Origin: Candidatus Nomurabacteria bacterium
Lineage (GTDB): Bacteria > Patescibacteriota > Minisyncoccia > Phycocordibacterales > UBA9973
Assembly: GCA_029288805.1 (NCBI GenBank)
Contig: JARIGO010000024.1
Location: forward strand, 1 to 48,300
Direction of reading: 5' to 3'
DNA length: 48,300 nucleotides
Shown piece after piece: positions 1-10,115 of the stretch. Each line of letters begins with the position of its first letter. Within the stretch, counting starts at the first letter, position 1. A program made the position numbers and the translations under genes. The notes beneath the pieces were generated by a model. It worked only from the letters and a program-made list of their open reading frames with translations. It was not told the origin of the DNA and searched no databases.

Positions 1-125
1 CCCTTTGCAGTTCCTGCAAAGGGCGCTGCCTCGCACGCCGCAGCCGCGGCATCGTTCTGGGAAAAATAAGTTCAATACGGTCTCAATCATAGGAAAAACC
101 AGTTTTTACGTTATACTATTCATAT

Positions 126-1256
126 ATGGATAGTATCCTATCTGGCATAAAGAATATCTTTTCCGGTATTTTGGGCAAAGCAGGCGATGACCGAGCGGTA
201 GGCATTGATATTGGTACCTCATCTATCAAAGTAGTGGAGCTTAAAAAAGAAGGAAGTCGCGTCGTGCTTGATACGTACGGAGCTTTGGCATTGGGACAAT
301 ATAATGAAGGCGGCAAGGTGGGGCAGGTTACCAACCTCAGCCCGGAAATTCTCACGAAGGCTTTGACGGATGTTCTAAAGGAAACAAACATTACCAGCAC
401 CAATGTCGTCTTTGGCATTCCTTCAATGTCATGCATTATTTTCATCTTGCAATTGCCAACAGAAATTGAGGAAAAGAATCTTCCGACTGTCATTCCAAAT
501 GAATCAAAGAAATTCATTCCGGTACCGATAGAGGACGTCACTTTGGATTGGTACGTCTTGCCTCGTCACGAGGATTCAGGCACGGAAGCTCGAGTGCTGT
601 CAGAAACAGGCGGCGCATCAAGCATGTCTATTTTGGTGGTGGCAACGCTCAATGAGACGCTTACCAAATACACCGACGTTATTCAAAAAGCAGGATTGCC
701 AATCGACAGTTTGGAAATCGAAGTCTTCAGTCATATTCGTTCTGTCATGACTCGTGAACTCTATCCAGTCATGATCGTTGATATTGGTGCTTCAAAAACA
801 AAACTCACTATCGTGGAACATGGCATTGTGGAAACATTTCGTTTGGTAAACCGCGGTGCCCAAGACATTACCTTGGCTATCAGTCGAGCATTGGAGCTTT
901 CATTTGAGCAGGCGGAGAATCTTAAAAAAGAGCATGGCTTGGTACCGGTAGCGGAATACCCTCGTATGGTTGAGCCGATAAAGACCCAGTTGGCTGATAT
1001 TTTCCAGGAAACCAATGCCACTATCTTGGCATTTGAAAAACGCTACAACAAAAACATCGGTAAGATCATTTTCACCGGCGGAGGTTCCATGATGCAAGGA
1101 TTGGTGGAATATGCAAAGCAAAGTTTTGCCGCAGAGCTCGCTATCGCTGACCCATTTGCCAAAGTTGAATCACCAGTATTCTTGGCCGGCGTCCTAAAAA
1201 ACACCGGACCGGAGTTTTCAGCTGCTATTGGATTAGCATTGCGAAAAATTCAATGA
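126..1256 (+). CDS. pilM: Type IV pilus assembly protein PilM (actin/FtsA-like)
   Basis: VGIDIGTSSIKVVEL, VDIGASKT and FTGGGS actin-fold motifs; first gene of the pilus cluster. Confidence 0.92.
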   Translation: MDSILSGIKNIFSGILGKAGDDRAVGIDIGTSSIKVVELKKEGSRVVLDTYGALALGQYNEGGKVGQVTNLSPEILTKALTDVLKETNITSTNVVFGIPSMSCIIFILQLPTEIEEKNLPTVIPNESKKFIPVPIEDVTLDWYVLPRHEDSGTEARVLSETGGASSMSILVVATLNETLTKYTDVIQKAGLPIDSLEIEVFSHIRSVMTRELYPVMIVDIGASKTKLTIVEHGIVETFRLVNRGAQDITLAISRALELSFEQAENLKKEHGLVPVAEYPRMVEPIKTQLADIFQETNATILAFEKRYNKNIGKIIFTGGGSMMQGLVEYAKQSFAAELAIADPFAKVESPVFLAGVLKNTGPEFSAAIGLALRKIQ

Positions 1257-1272
1257 TATAATTTTTATATCA

Positions 1273-1956
1273 ATGGAACCAATTGTCTCAACATCGTTCA
1301 TTCCAAAACGCCCTGTCTCAACTGAACCGGTTGCTCCAAAGCAACGAAGTGGAGCAGTTGGGCTTTTGTCGTTCATTACTTTTATTATTGTCCTCGGTAC
1401 GGCTGTTGCATTTGTTGGTGTGTACCTGTATGGCAAGTCACTCGATTCACAAAAGGCACAATTGCAATCTCAGCTTGCTCAGGCAGAAAACGGATTGGGA
1501 AGCAGTTTCATTTCCGACATGCAACGTCTCAGCCAGCGCATTACCGGCGTGAAGACACTGATCAACAATCACGTTGTGGTCTCTCCGATCTTTGCAGCAT
1601 TACAGGCCACAACGCTGCAATCAGTACAGTATAAAAACTTTACATACCAATTTGTAACTGACCCTACTACTAGTGCAAAAATGGTGCAGGTAACAATTAC
1701 CGGCGTTGCCAAAAACTACGCGACACTTGCATTGCAGTCTGATGCGTACGCGAAGAGCAGCATCATTCGCAATCCTGTATTTTCAGACCTGACCGTTGAA
1801 GACAAGACACAAAACATCGATTTCAAACTGATCTTCAGCGTTGCCGCAAGCGATTTGTCATACACTACATTTATTAATAACCTTACCCAGCAGGGAGTGG
1901 TGCCAGCAACCGATGTAACCAATGGTGCCGTAACGCCTGCCACGGCTACACAATAA
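1273..1956 (+). CDS. PilN-like pilus alignment protein
   Basis: N-terminal SFIPK motif, single TM helix, coiled coil and VTITGVA ferredoxin-like segment; follows pilM. Confidence 0.65.
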   Translation: MEPIVSTSFIPKRPVSTEPVAPKQRSGAVGLLSFITFIIVLGTAVAFVGVYLYGKSLDSQKAQLQSQLAQAENGLGSSFISDMQRLSQRITGVKTLINNHVVVSPIFAALQATTLQSVQYKNFTYQFVTDPTTSAKMVQVTITGVAKNYATLALQSDAYAKSSIIRNPVFSDLTVEDKTQNIDFKLIFSVAASDLSYTTFINNLTQQGVVPATDVTNGAVTPATATQ

Positions 1957-1957
1957 T

Positions 1958-2563
1958 ATGAGATATTTTTTCCTACTATTACTCATAGTCGCTTCAATCG
2001 GAATTTTCATTGCGATTATTATTCCTCGGTATGACGTTGTGAAGACACAGCGCACTGACATCGCCTCATATCAGGCAAACCTTGATACTGCAAAACAATT
2101 GCAGCAGTCTCGCGATTCGCTCATTGCTCAATACAACAATATCTCTCAGACAGATCTTTCCAACCTTCAAACATTGCTTCCTGACAGCGTCAACAATATT
2201 CGCCTCATCATTCAGATCGACTCATTGGCAACAAAGAACAACCTGTCTTCATTGCGAAACGTAGACTACAGTCCTGACCAGATCGCTGCTGCAACTCCGG
2301 GCACTGCTGGTGCCACAACCACCGCTGCCGCTACAACTGATGCCGCCACTGCCAATAAGCCATACGGTCAGTTTGTAATGTCATTCCAAACTTCCGGTTC
2401 ATATGCAAACTTCCTATCATTCCTTTCTGACTTGGAGCAAAACCTTCGCCTTGTTGATATTACTGACATTGAATTCACTCCAGACACCGCTGTCGGTACG
2501 CAAACTGCGGGAAGTACTATAGACTATAAGGTAACCATCCAAACCTATTGGTTAAAGAAATAA
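1958..2563 (+). CDS. PilO-like pilus alignment protein
   Basis: N-terminal TM, coiled coil, LLPDS and GSYANFLSFLSDLEQNLRLVDI motifs typical of PilO. Confidence 0.75.
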   Translation: MRYFFLLLLIVASIGIFIAIIIPRYDVVKTQRTDIASYQANLDTAKQLQQSRDSLIAQYNNISQTDLSNLQTLLPDSVNNIRLIIQIDSLATKNNLSSLRNVDYSPDQIAAATPGTAGATTTAAATTDAATANKPYGQFVMSFQTSGSYANFLSFLSDLEQNLRLVDITDIEFTPDTAVGTQTAGSTIDYKVTIQTYWLKK

Positions 2564-2564
2564 T

Positions 2565-3233
2565 ATGAGTAAAACAGTTAAAATCTTTGCAATAGTTGTC
2601 GGTATAATCATTGTCTTGATTCTTGCTTTTACCTATCTTGGTAATAGCAGTAACACTGCAACCAGTTCTACTCCTGCTGATACAGGGCTTTCCAGTTCTG
2701 TGCCAATGCAAACTGCTGCTACTTCAACTGGTGAAGGGGCAGAAGCTGCGCCTATTAGCAATGCCAACTTCACAATACTGCTTTCTAGTATCAAGAGCAT
2801 CACGTTGGATACTTCCATCTTTTCTAACCCAGGGTACAAGGCATTGCGTGACAATCCGATATCGCTCGGTACTGCCGTTATCGGTCGTCAAAATCCATTT
2901 GCACCAATCGGTGTTGATAGTACGACTGGACAAAGTACCGGTACTCTAGCGGTACAGACATTAACGCCAACTAAGGTCACAGCAACCACTGCGCAGTTTG
3001 GTGCATTGGTCAGTGCAGGAAGCATGGCTGGCACGAGTGTGGTGTTTCAATACGGTACTGATGATACGCTGAGTTCAGCCACTGGTCCTGTTAATGTCAC
3101 ATCAACAGGCACTGCATTGTTTAATGTTACCGGTCTCACTCCGGCAACAACGTATTATGTCAACACGACTGCAGTACAAGGGTCGAATACTGCCACCGGT
3201 ACTATCATGACATTCACTACTCCAAAAAAGTAG
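2565..3233 (+). CDS. Membrane-anchored pilus-associated protein with C-terminal FN3-like domain (PilP position)
   Basis: N-terminal TM, GRQNPFAP motif (compare PilP RDPF), VTGLTPATTYY FN3-like signature. Confidence 0.55.
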   Translation: MSKTVKIFAIVVGIIIVLILAFTYLGNSSNTATSSTPADTGLSSSVPMQTAATSTGEGAEAAPISNANFTILLSSIKSITLDTSIFSNPGYKALRDNPISLGTAVIGRQNPFAPIGVDSTTGQSTGTLAVQTLTPTKVTATTAQFGALVSAGSMAGTSVVFQYGTDDTLSSATGPVNVTSTGTALFNVTGLTPATTYYVNTTAVQGSNTATGTIMTFTTPKK

Positions 3234-3240
3234 CCGTACA

Positions 3241-4995
3241 ATGTTTCTCGACTTTCTTCTTTCCCAACACATCATTACGGAGTTCCAATACAATCGCGTA
3301 ATGGCTGAACTCGATCACGAGTATCATGGCGATATGACGGCAGCGCTTGTCGCTATTGGTCTGACTGAAGATGCGGTCACGCAAGCCAAGGCAACGTTTT
3401 ACCGATTGCCATACATCAAGCTTGATCCCAATAAGGTTTTTGCGGAAGCGGTGAAGTACATTCCTGAGGAAGCTGCCAAGCAATACAAGTTTATTCCTAT
3501 CGCATTCAGTGATGGGGTGCTTTCTATTGGGGTGACAGAACCGGAAAACATGGAGGCTATGAATGCCTTGCAGTTTATCTCTGTAAAACTTGGTGTGCCG
3601 TTCAAGATTTTCCTCATTTCTCCAAGTGATTTGGCAAAAGTTATGGAAGGGTACAAGGCTGCTACTACTCAGAATGAAGGTGACAAGGAAGTCAATGAAT
3701 TAAACAGTGAGCTTGAATTGGCCAATAAGCCCGATGCGCCGATTATCGGCACTGCTGGTGCAAAAAACTTTCTCAAAACTGACGGTCCGGTAAAGCAGGA
3801 GGAAAAAATCGTTGAAGATGCGCCGATTATTAAAATCGTAGCAATCATTATTGATCATGCTGTAGAAGGTGGTGCTTCCGATATTCACATTGAAAACAAT
3901 GGTAAGGCAGTGAATGTGCGATATCGTGTGGATGGAACGTTGCATACCACGCTGGTGCTGCCACTCAGTAGCTTCGACGGCATCATTGCTCGTATCAAGA
4001 TTTTGGCGAAACTGCGTTTGGATGAAAAGCGCAAGCCACAGGATGGAAGTTTCTCTACAACTGTTGATGGTAGAAAGATTGAGTTCCGTACTTCCACATT
4101 TCCTGCGTACTACGGTGAAAAGGTTGTGCTTCGTATTTTGGACTCTGAGCATGGTGTAAAAGGCTTGGATGACATTGATATGGCGCCCGAAGATTTGGCC
4201 ATGATCAAAGAGAGTCTTCGCAGACCGTATGGTTTGATTTTGATTTCCGGTCCGACCGGTTCAGGTAAAAGTACGACCTTGTACTCTATGCTTGGTCAGG
4301 TTGATCGCGAGGGAAGTAACGTTGTGTCGTTGGAAGATCCAGTGGAATATCAGATTCCGGGGGTGACACAGTCACAGGTCATGCCGGAAATTGGCTATAC
4401 CTTTGCTTCCGGTCTTCGTTCTATCCTGCGTCAGGACCCGAACATTATCATGGTGGGAGAAATACGTGATAAGGAAACTGCCGAGCTCGCCATTCAGGCA
4501 GCGCTCACTGGTCACATGGTGCTTTCTACTATCCACACCAACAGTGCTATTGGTATTATTCCGCGTTTGGTGGATATGGGTATCGATCCGTATTTGATCG
4601 CGCCAACGTTGGTCTTGGCCATTGCGCAACGCTTGGTGCACGGTGTGCATGAAAGTTCACGCCATCAGGTGCCAATGGATGAGGCGACAAAGGAATTCAT
4701 CGCCAAAGAGTTTGCTGACTATCCGGCTGATAAGTTCGCTGAATTGAAGCTTCCTACCGACACTATGTACGAAGTCCGTCCTTCTTCAGAAGCGCCGTCC
4801 GGGCTAAAAGGACGTGAAGCGGTTTTTGAAATGTTTACTGTTGATCGAGAATTACAGCAGATCATCTTGAAGAGTCCGACTGAACCTGAAATTTATAAGG
4901 CCGTTCGCGCCAGGGGTATGCTTACCATGAAAGAAGATGCGTTGCGCAAGGCACTTGAAGGGAAGGTGCCAATGCAGGAAGTGTTCGGTTTATAA
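3241..4995 (+). CDS. pilB: Type IV pilus assembly ATPase PilB/GspE
   Basis: ASDIHIE, Walker A GPTGSGKSTT, LRQDPNIIMVGEIRD, TGHMVLSTIHTN. Confidence 0.93.
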   Translation: MFLDFLLSQHIITEFQYNRVMAELDHEYHGDMTAALVAIGLTEDAVTQAKATFYRLPYIKLDPNKVFAEAVKYIPEEAAKQYKFIPIAFSDGVLSIGVTEPENMEAMNALQFISVKLGVPFKIFLISPSDLAKVMEGYKAATTQNEGDKEVNELNSELELANKPDAPIIGTAGAKNFLKTDGPVKQEEKIVEDAPIIKIVAIIIDHAVEGGASDIHIENNGKAVNVRYRVDGTLHTTLVLPLSSFDGIIARIKILAKLRLDEKRKPQDGSFSTTVDGRKIEFRTSTFPAYYGEKVVLRILDSEHGVKGLDDIDMAPEDLAMIKESLRRPYGLILISGPTGSGKSTTLYSMLGQVDREGSNVVSLEDPVEYQIPGVTQSQVMPEIGYTFASGLRSILRQDPNIIMVGEIRDKETAELAIQAALTGHMVLSTIHTNSAIGIIPRLVDMGIDPYLIAPTLVLAIAQRLVHGVHESSRHQVPMDEATKEFIAKEFADYPADKFAELKLPTDTMYEVRPSSEAPSGLKGREAVFEMFTVDRELQQIILKSPTEPEIYKAVRARGMLTMKEDALRKALEGKVPMQEVFGL

Positions 4996-5053
4996 AGAAA
5001 TAATAAAAAGGTACCTGGTACTATTTATAACTCCACGCTATACTACATACAAC

Positions 5054-6199
5054 ATGGATTATAAAAAATCATTTGAGGATCTCTTGGACATTTTGGTACG
5101 TGAAGGCGGTTCAGACCTTCACTTGGCTGCAGGTCGCGTACCGGCCGTGCGCGTAAACGGGGAATTGGTTTTTTTGCTCAATCATCCTGTAGAAAGCCAG
5201 GAAGATCTTTCCGGTATTCTCAAGGCTATTCTTACAGAAGATCACTATAAGCACTTCATGGAAGTGGAAGAGCTGGACTTTTCATACGAATATCATCCCG
5301 CGTCGGCTGCTGCACCGGTCAGCATGCCTACTATTGATCCTGCTACTGGCATCCCGCAGGCTCCCCAAGCTGCCGTTGATACAAAGCCTCTTCGTCTCCG
5401 TGGAAATGCATTCATTCAGCAAGGCAGAATTGGTTTAGTGTTTCGTCTCATTCCCGAGGTGAAGTCATTTGAAGAGTTGGGACTTCCACCGATTTTGGCA
5501 GAATTCGCTCGTAAGCGACAAGGGTTCTTTCTTGTGGTTGGTCCGGTAGGACAAGGTAAGTCAGCAACTATGGCTGCCATGGTTCGCCTCATCAACGAAG
5601 AACGTTCAGCACACATTTTGACTATTGAAGATCCTGTTGAGTATACCTATCCACAAGGCAAGTCCATTATTGACCAGCGTGAAGTCGGTATTGATACCGC
5701 AGACTTTGCCATTGCCTTGAAACAAGCCCTTCGTCAGGACGTGAATGCCATCTTGGTGGGAGAAATGCGCAATGCAGAAACCATCGGTACTGCAGTGACC
5801 GCTGCCGAAACTGGACACTTGGTGCTCTCAACACTTCACACCAACAACGCGTCACAAACTGTTGACCGTATCATCGACTCATTCCCGGCAGGGCAGCAGG
5901 ACCAGGTTCGCGTACAGCTTGCAAGTTCATTGCTTGGCATCTTCTCTCAGCGTTTGATCCCTCGCATTTCTGGAGGACGTATTCCTGCATATGAATTACT
6001 CATCAACAACAATGCCGTGGCAAACCTCATTCGTGAAAAACGCACTCATGAAATAGACATGGTCATTGAAACTGGCTCCGAGTCCGGCATGATCGACATG
6101 AATCGCTGTCTTATTGACTTGGTACGACGTGGGGAAATCACCATCGAAAACGCGTACACATACTCATTCAATCCTACTAACTTGCAGCGTCTTCTATAG
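5054..6199 (+). CDS. pilT: Type IV pilus retraction ATPase PilT
   Basis: GSDLHL, GPVGQGKSAT, TIEDPVE, AAETGHLVLSTLHTN, AVANLIRE (AIRNLIRE-like). Start placed at ATG 5054 downstream of TATACT. Confidence 0.9.
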   Translation: MDYKKSFEDLLDILVREGGSDLHLAAGRVPAVRVNGELVFLLNHPVESQEDLSGILKAILTEDHYKHFMEVEELDFSYEYHPASAAAPVSMPTIDPATGIPQAPQAAVDTKPLRLRGNAFIQQGRIGLVFRLIPEVKSFEELGLPPILAEFARKRQGFFLVVGPVGQGKSATMAAMVRLINEERSAHILTIEDPVEYTYPQGKSIIDQREVGIDTADFAIALKQALRQDVNAILVGEMRNAETIGTAVTAAETGHLVLSTLHTNNASQTVDRIIDSFPAGQQDQVRVQLASSLLGIFSQRLIPRISGGRIPAYELLINNNAVANLIREKRTHEIDMVIETGSESGMIDMNRCLIDLVRRGEITIENAYTYSFNPTNLQRLL

Positions 6200-6202
6200 C
6201 AT

Positions 6203-7408
6203 ATGAATTACGTTTACACTGCTATCACTGATAAGGGAGAAAAACGCGAAGGAATGATTGAGGCAGTCAATCAGGAACTTGCCATTGCCGGACTACAACG
6301 CCGTGGCTTAATCGTTACCTCCATCAAGGACGAAGAGCATGCCAAGAAATGGTTTGAGATCACATTGTTTGAGCACGTACCAATGAAGGACGTGGTGATC
6401 TTTTCTCGTCAGGTATCGACATTGTTTGAAGCCCAGGTTTCAGCCTTGAAAGCCTTCACATTGCTTTCAGAAAACACTGAAAACAAGCTCTTGGGCCGAA
6501 AGCTCAGTACTATCGTTTCTGATTTGCAGGCCGGCTCATCAATTGCCGGAGCCATGGCGAAACAAAGCGATGTCTTTTCTGACTTCTATGTGAACATGGT
6601 CAAGGCCGGGGAAGAGTCCGGTAAGCTTACTCAGGTTTTCTCATTCTTGGCTGATTATTTGGACCGTCAGTATGCTCTTACTACCAAGACAAAAAACGCA
6701 TTCGTATATCCGATTTTCGTTATCAGCGTCTTTTTCATCGTGATGATCTTGATGTTCACGGTCATTGTGCCGAAGCTGTCAGACATTATTACGCAGTCTG
6801 GTCAGCCTATCCCAGTCTATACGCAAATAGTCTTTGCCATCAGTAATATTTTTATAAATTACGGTATCTTCATGCTGATCTTCGTGGTGCTGGCAGTAGC
6901 TGCTCTCATTTACATGGCTCGTACTCCAAAGGGCAAACAGGTTGTGGATGACATCAAGTTCGGTTTTCCTGTTGTAGGCAACCTATACAGCAAGCTCTAT
7001 CTCGCTCGTATTGCCGACAACATGGATACCATGCTTTCTTCCGGTATTCCTATTGTGCGTGCCATTGAAATTACCGCTCAAGTGGTGGGTAATAAGCGTT
7101 ACCAGGGTATCATGATGAATACCATGGAAGGAGTGAAGGCAGGTAAGTCCTTTTCGCAAGCATTGGCAGAACATCCGGAAATACCAAAGCTCATGCCACA
7201 GATTATTCGCGTTGGTGAGGAAACAGGTTCAGTTGGCTCTATCTTGAAAATGTTGGCGAAGTTTTACAATCGTGAAGTGGACCAGGCTATTGATACGCTC
7301 GTCGGTTTGATTGAGCCGTTTATGATCGTCTTCCTTGGTATTGGTGTTGGTATTCTGCTTGTTTCAATCCTTGTGCCGATTTATAACATTGCTGGTGGTA
7401 TTCAGTAA
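6203..7408 (+). CDS. pilC: Type IV pilus platform protein PilC/GspF
   Basis: Two T2SSF repeats (MVKAGEESGKL, IRVGEETGSV), LIEP motif, TM helices. Confidence 0.93.
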   Translation: MNYVYTAITDKGEKREGMIEAVNQELAIAGLQRRGLIVTSIKDEEHAKKWFEITLFEHVPMKDVVIFSRQVSTLFEAQVSALKAFTLLSENTENKLLGRKLSTIVSDLQAGSSIAGAMAKQSDVFSDFYVNMVKAGEESGKLTQVFSFLADYLDRQYALTTKTKNAFVYPIFVISVFFIVMILMFTVIVPKLSDIITQSGQPIPVYTQIVFAISNIFINYGIFMLIFVVLAVAALIYMARTPKGKQVVDDIKFGFPVVGNLYSKLYLARIADNMDTMLSSGIPIVRAIEITAQVVGNKRYQGIMMNTMEGVKAGKSFSQALAEHPEIPKLMPQIIRVGEETGSVGSILKMLAKFYNREVDQAIDTLVGLIEPFMIVFLGIGVGILLVSILVPIYNIAGGIQ

Positions 7409-7473
7409 GTGGTATACTTTTAGCATTACATTTTTGTAATACTTACATTATTAATAAGATCCTTGGAATTTTT

Positions 7474-7941
7474 ATGAAGAAAACACTACAACGTGGTTTC
7501 ACTCTTATCGAACTTTTGGTGGTTATCGCCATCATCGGTATTCTCGCATCCGTGATCTTGGCATCGCTGAACTCAGCGCGTGCAAAGGGAACTGACGCAG
7601 CAGTGAAATCCGACCTTGAAAATGCTCGCCCTCAGGCGGAAATTTATTATGATGGTAAGGGCAATACATACCTTTCTGCATGTTCTACCGCTACATCGGC
7701 AACTCCTGTTGGTGGTATCAATACCATGATGACAGACGCTGCTAGTAAAAACGGTACTACGCTCGTAACAACGCTTGCAACCGCTGGAACAGCAACAACC
7801 ACAGTATGTCACGACAGTGCTACTGGCTGGGCAGCCGCTGCTCCTACGAAGTCAGTGACCGGCTACTGGTGCGTGGACTCAACAGGAAAGGCGGAGCAGA
7901 CAACATCCGTGCTTGCTGCTAGTTCTGTAACGTGTCCATAA
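7474..7941 (+). CDS. Type IV major pilin, copy 1
   Basis: RG|FTLIELLVVIAIIGILA prepilin motif; WCVDSTG; four Cys. Confidence 0.92.
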   Translation: MKKTLQRGFTLIELLVVIAIIGILASVILASLNSARAKGTDAAVKSDLENARPQAEIYYDGKGNTYLSACSTATSATPVGGINTMMTDAASKNGTTLVTTLATAGTATTTVCHDSATGWAAAAPTKSVTGYWCVDSTGKAEQTTSVLAASSVTCP

Positions 7942-7965
7942 GCGCTACAAAAGATTAGATATCCA

Positions 7966-7997
7966 CATAAAACCTCCTGAAATAGGGAGGTTTTATG
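7966..7997 (+). terminator. Intrinsic terminator after pilin 1
   Basis: CATAAAACCTCC...GGAGGTTTTATG inverted repeat. Confidence 0.7.
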
Positions 7998-8092
7998 CTT
8001 TTATTAGGCCTTATCATGCTATAATTTGTCTGTTACAAGTCATTGTAATAATCGATTATTATTTATTAATTAAACGTTCTAAAACTATTTCT

Positions 8093-8557
8093 ATGAAGAA
8101 AGCTTTAAACAAAGGTTTCACCCTGATCGAACTTTTGGTGGTTATCGCCATCATCGGTATTTTGGCATCAGTTATTCTTGCGTCTCTTAACTCAGCTCGT
8201 GCCAAGGGTACTGATGCTGCCGTAAAGTCAGACCTTGAAAATGCTCGCCCTCAGGCGGAAATCTTCTACGATGCAAGTAACAACTCATATGCTGGTGCTT
8301 GTACCGCTGCAACAAGTGCAACTCCAGGTGGTATCAACACCATGATGAGTGATGCTGCTAGTAAGATCGGCGGAACACTTGTGACAACATTTGCAACGGC
8401 TGGTACGTCTACTACTGTTGTATGTCATGACTCAGCTGCCGGCTGGGCAGCCGCTGCTCCTACGAAGTCAGTGACCGGCTACTGGTGCGTGGACTCAACA
8501 GGAAAGGCGGAGCAGACAACTACTGCTCTTGCTGCTTCATCAATTACTTGTCCATAA
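8093..8557 (+). CDS. Type IV major pilin, copy 2
   Basis: KG|FTLIELLVVIAIIGILA; close paralog of 7474..7941. Confidence 0.92.
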   Translation: MKKALNKGFTLIELLVVIAIIGILASVILASLNSARAKGTDAAVKSDLENARPQAEIFYDASNNSYAGACTAATSATPGGINTMMSDAASKIGGTLVTTFATAGTSTTVVCHDSAAGWAAAAPTKSVTGYWCVDSTGKAEQTTTALAASSITCP

Positions 8558-8573
8558 TCTTAGGCAGGTAAGT

Positions 8574-8611
8574 GCAAAAAGAGCCGATCACTGCGTGATC
8601 GGCTCTTTTGC
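8574..8611 (+). terminator. Intrinsic terminator after pilin 2
   Basis: GCAAAAAGAGCCGATCAC-TGC-GTGATCGGCTCTTTTGC hairpin. Confidence 0.75.
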
Positions 8612-8648
8612 TATTTTGTTTCACTCTAATACTTGTTACAATGTATGC

Positions 8649-9440
8649 ATGTTACTTCTTCCGATTTTTATATTCATTCTCGGACTGATCATCGGAAGCT
8701 TTTTGAATGTCGTGATCCTGCGCATCAACACCGGCCGCAGTATTGCCAAGGGCCGCTCCATCTGTTTTCGCTGCAGTAAGGAACTTTCCTGGTACGAACT
8801 CATTCCTGTATTTTCATTTCTTGGATTGCGAGGGAAGTGCAAGACGTGCAAGGCTCCCATCTCATTTCAGTATCCGTTAGTGGAGCTTGTCACCGCTATT
8901 ACCTTCACTGTTCTCTATACTACTGCTATCACCAGTTTTGGTTTTAGTCTGATGGCGCTGCTAAGCTTCCTATTTTCAGCAACAGTGGCTTCGCTGCTTA
9001 TCGTTATATTTGTGTATGACATCAAACACACCATCATTCCTGACATGATCGTGTATCTGTTCATCATCCTTTCTCTCGTTTCAATATTATGGCAGGCATT
9101 AACCATTCCTCATTTCGGCATTCTTAATGCATTGTTTGCGGGAGTATTTGTAGCGTTGCCATTTTTCTTGTTGTGGGCATTTTCCAAAGGACGCTTTATG
9201 GGCTTTGGTGATGTGAAGCTTGCGCTTGGCATGGGATGGCTGTTGGGATTGGTTGGCGGCTACAGTGCCGTACTCTTCTCGTTTTGGATCGGCGGCATTG
9301 TGGGCATTATTTTATTGGCATTGTCCCGCAAGTATTCCATGCGCTCTCAAATCCCATTTGCTCCATTTCTCATCGCAGGAACATTTATCGTTGGCGTATG
9401 TGGCATTACTATTCTTTCATTGTTCCAAATATGGTCATAA
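8649..9440 (+). CDS. pilD: Prepilin peptidase PilD
   Basis: GSFLNVVILR, two CxxC pairs, YDIKH and MGFGDVKL catalytic Asp motifs, IPFAPFL; start at ATG 8649. Confidence 0.92.
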   Translation: MLLLPIFIFILGLIIGSFLNVVILRINTGRSIAKGRSICFRCSKELSWYELIPVFSFLGLRGKCKTCKAPISFQYPLVELVTAITFTVLYTTAITSFGFSLMALLSFLFSATVASLLIVIFVYDIKHTIIPDMIVYLFIILSLVSILWQALTIPHFGILNALFAGVFVALPFFLLWAFSKGRFMGFGDVKLALGMGWLLGLVGGYSAVLFSFWIGGIVGIILLALSRKYSMRSQIPFAPFLIAGTFIVGVCGITILSLFQIWS

Positions 9441-10114
9441 GAAATGCACAATCAGGCTTTACCCTTGTCGAAATGCTGATAGTCATCGCTATTGTGGCTG
9501 TCATGGCAACCGTACTGCTCTTTAATTATTCCGACTTCAGTACGGGGGTAGGGATTCGTAACCTGGCAGAACAAATGGGACTCAGCATTCGTGAAGCGCA
9601 AAGTTATGCAACCAGTGTTCGCAGTATTAACGGTACCGCTGGTATCTATAGTGATACGTACCCTGCCTATGGCATCAGTTTTTCCGTAAACGGTACCGCT
9701 CAACAAATGTACAGCCCTAGCACTACTAACTTCGCATTATTTGTCGATGTTTCTCCTAGCAACTTAGGAACAGATAACGACAAATTGTACGGTAATGACG
9801 GCATATGCGGCTCACCGACAAATGATGGTCATCAGGAGTGCGTTGAAAACTTTGCATTGGCCGGAGGCAATACTATCACATCACTGTGTACCGATGCGCC
9901 AACTCAAAATAGCTGCTTCACTTCAACCAATCCTGGCACGGTGAACGTGGTATTTCATCGTCCAAATCCTGACGCATACATTTGTGTAGTGAATAGTACA
10001 GGGGATAGCTGTATTGATCAGCAGGCGTCATACTTAAAAGTGACGGTGCAATCCATTAAAGGTCTGCAGCGTACGGTAACAATCTGGAATACTGGCCAGA
10101 TAAGTGTCAATTAA
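9431..10114 (+). CDS. Minor pilin (FimT/GspH-like)
   Basis: SG|FTLVEMLIVIAI prepilin motif from ATG 9431. Confidence 0.85.
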   Translation: MVIRNAQSGFTLVEMLIVIAIVAVMATVLLFNYSDFSTGVGIRNLAEQMGLSIREAQSYATSVRSINGTAGIYSDTYPAYGISFSVNGTAQQMYSPSTTNFALFVDVSPSNLGTDNDKLYGNDGICGSPTNDGHQECVENFALAGGNTITSLCTDAPTQNSCFTSTNPGTVNVVFHRPNPDAYICVVNSTGDSCIDQQASYLKVTVQSIKGLQRTVTIWNTGQISVN

Positions 10115-10115
10115 T

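Noticed and set aside
1-50. GC-rich hairpin CCCTTTGCAG/CTGCAAAGGG at the window start
   Set aside because: Truncated by the window edge; cannot tell terminator from repeat
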